Source of the DNA: Heterodontus francisci
Taxonomy: Eukaryota
Direction: 5' to 3'
Assembly (NCBI RefSeq): GCF_036365525.1
Contig: NC_090372.1
Span: 179,033,800-179,097,799, forward strand
DNA length: 64,000 bases
How positions within the stretch are numbered: position 1 is the stretch's first letter; every line of letters begins with the position of its first letter. Made by a program: the position numbers and the translations under genes. The notes under the pieces are model-generated. The model did not search any database, had not been told where the DNA came from, and saw nothing but the letters and a program-made list of their open reading frames with translations. Below are positions 62,690 to 64,000 of this stretch, in pieces.

Positions 62690-63165
62690 TTTATCTACAT
62701 TACAACAGTGACTACATTTCAAAAGTACTAAATTGGCAATGAAGAGCTTTGGGATATCCTGAGATCATGAAAGGTGCCCTATAAATGCAAGTGCTTTCTT
62801 GCATACACTATAGGCTGACAATTTAGGGCAGTATTGAGTCAATTCTGCATTGTTGGTGCTGCCATCTTTTGGCTAAGACATTAATCTGAGACGCCAGCTG
62901 CCTATTGGGTGGAACTGAAAGGTCAATTGCAATATTCGAAGAACAATAACAAAACTGTGCATTTATACAGCATCTTTAAAATAGTAAAACAAGCCAAGGT
63001 GCTTCACAGGAGCATCATCAGACCAAATTTGATGCTGATCCACATAAAGCGATATTAGGCCAAGACCAAAAGTTTGATCAAAGTAGGTTATAAAGAGCAT
63101 TTTAGGTGAGGAAAGAGAGGTGGAGAGGGTTAGGGAGGAAATTTAATTGCTTATGGCCCAGGCCA
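62690..63165. mobile_element. SacSINE1-like pieces (+) followed by an L2 3' end (-)
   Basis: CTACATTACAACAGTGACTACA...ATAAATGCAAG tail, Deu-like segment, then L2 3' UTR as at 2293. Confidence 0.7.
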
Positions 63166-63883
63166 TAAAAATATTTATTAAAACAAATAAAAGAAATCCT
63201 TAGACCATCAACTTCATCCTTACCTCATTGCTCATTGGGTAAGAAGTCTGCTGGGCATGGACTTGAGCTGTACAGACATGGTCAACATCCCAGGTTTGAT
63301 TCCTGGCCTGTGCTGATTGAGTTGATGTCAGTGAGGATGGTGGTGGGGTTACTGCAGTGACTGCGTAGCTTAAGGAAAAATGCACATGTGAATAAGGATG
63401 GGGCTCGGGTCAAATAGCCAGCTAATACACAATGGCTCATTTCACACAAGAACAGCCACTTGGGTGTGGCAACAGAGTCCACCAAATGGAATAGCAAAAC
63501 TGTATGAGCTTTATATATGGAGCCCACAAACTGGTTTGATTTTGTTGAATGTGTGGAGCAGTCCTCATATTCTTCACATCCTCTAACTAATAGCTGAATC
63601 GAGATATAGCACAAATGGATATAACTATAAACTAAGGAACATCAGTCTACAGAATACAATACAAGAATAGGAATTGAGGGCACTAGTGGATCTACCTGTC
63701 TGCACAGTGCATGGTAACAAGAAATAGGATCTTGAGTTGTATAGAACATAGAGCCAAAAACAAATCACAGTATGTGATTTTGAGTCTGTACAGAAACAAA
63801 ACATTTACATTTATAAAACACCTTTCACGTACTTTGGGACATCCCAAAGCTTTTCATAGTCAGCAAATTACTTTGGAAATGTA

Positions 63884-64000
63884 GGGGGGAATTTTATGCT
63901 CTTCCCCGTGATAGGTTTGGATGTGTGGAGAGCATGTAATCAGGTGGGATGGTGGCCGGAGGGAAAAGTGGCATGAAACTGGTGGGGAGGGGGGAGGAGT
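63884..64000. mobile_element. Left end of a Harbinger-type element, running off the window
   Basis: Begins GGGGGGAATTTT. Confidence 0.4.

Overview
Eukaryotic, repeat-saturated vertebrate DNA, most likely a shark or other elasmobranch (two HE1-type V-SINEs, SacSINE1-like Deu-SINEs, abundant CR1 LINEs). I could not identify an intact host gene. Almost all long ORFs belong to retrotransposons: one full-length CR1 with open ORF1 (Zn-finger plus SGNH esterase) and ORF2 (APE plus RT) at 40681-45023, many truncated CR1 copies, a second CR1-group LINE family (AFDRVWH or WH type), and L2, RTE and Tx1 remnants. There are also three solo LTRs, PIF/Harbinger remnants and MITEs, and a pair of Penelope-type termini with decayed hammerhead cores. 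Most unusual observations: (1) a co-oriented chimeric chain at 17.5-22.6 kb in which a CpG-rich QSOX thioredoxin-domain fragment and a second unidentified coding-like fragment sit between truncated LINE pieces; (2) a tRNA-headed SINE whose body matches the 5' leader and whose tail matches the 3' end of the WH-type LINE. Repeat-family names come from motif recognition, not database searches. Boundaries without stated TSDs or TIRs are approximate (tens of bp).
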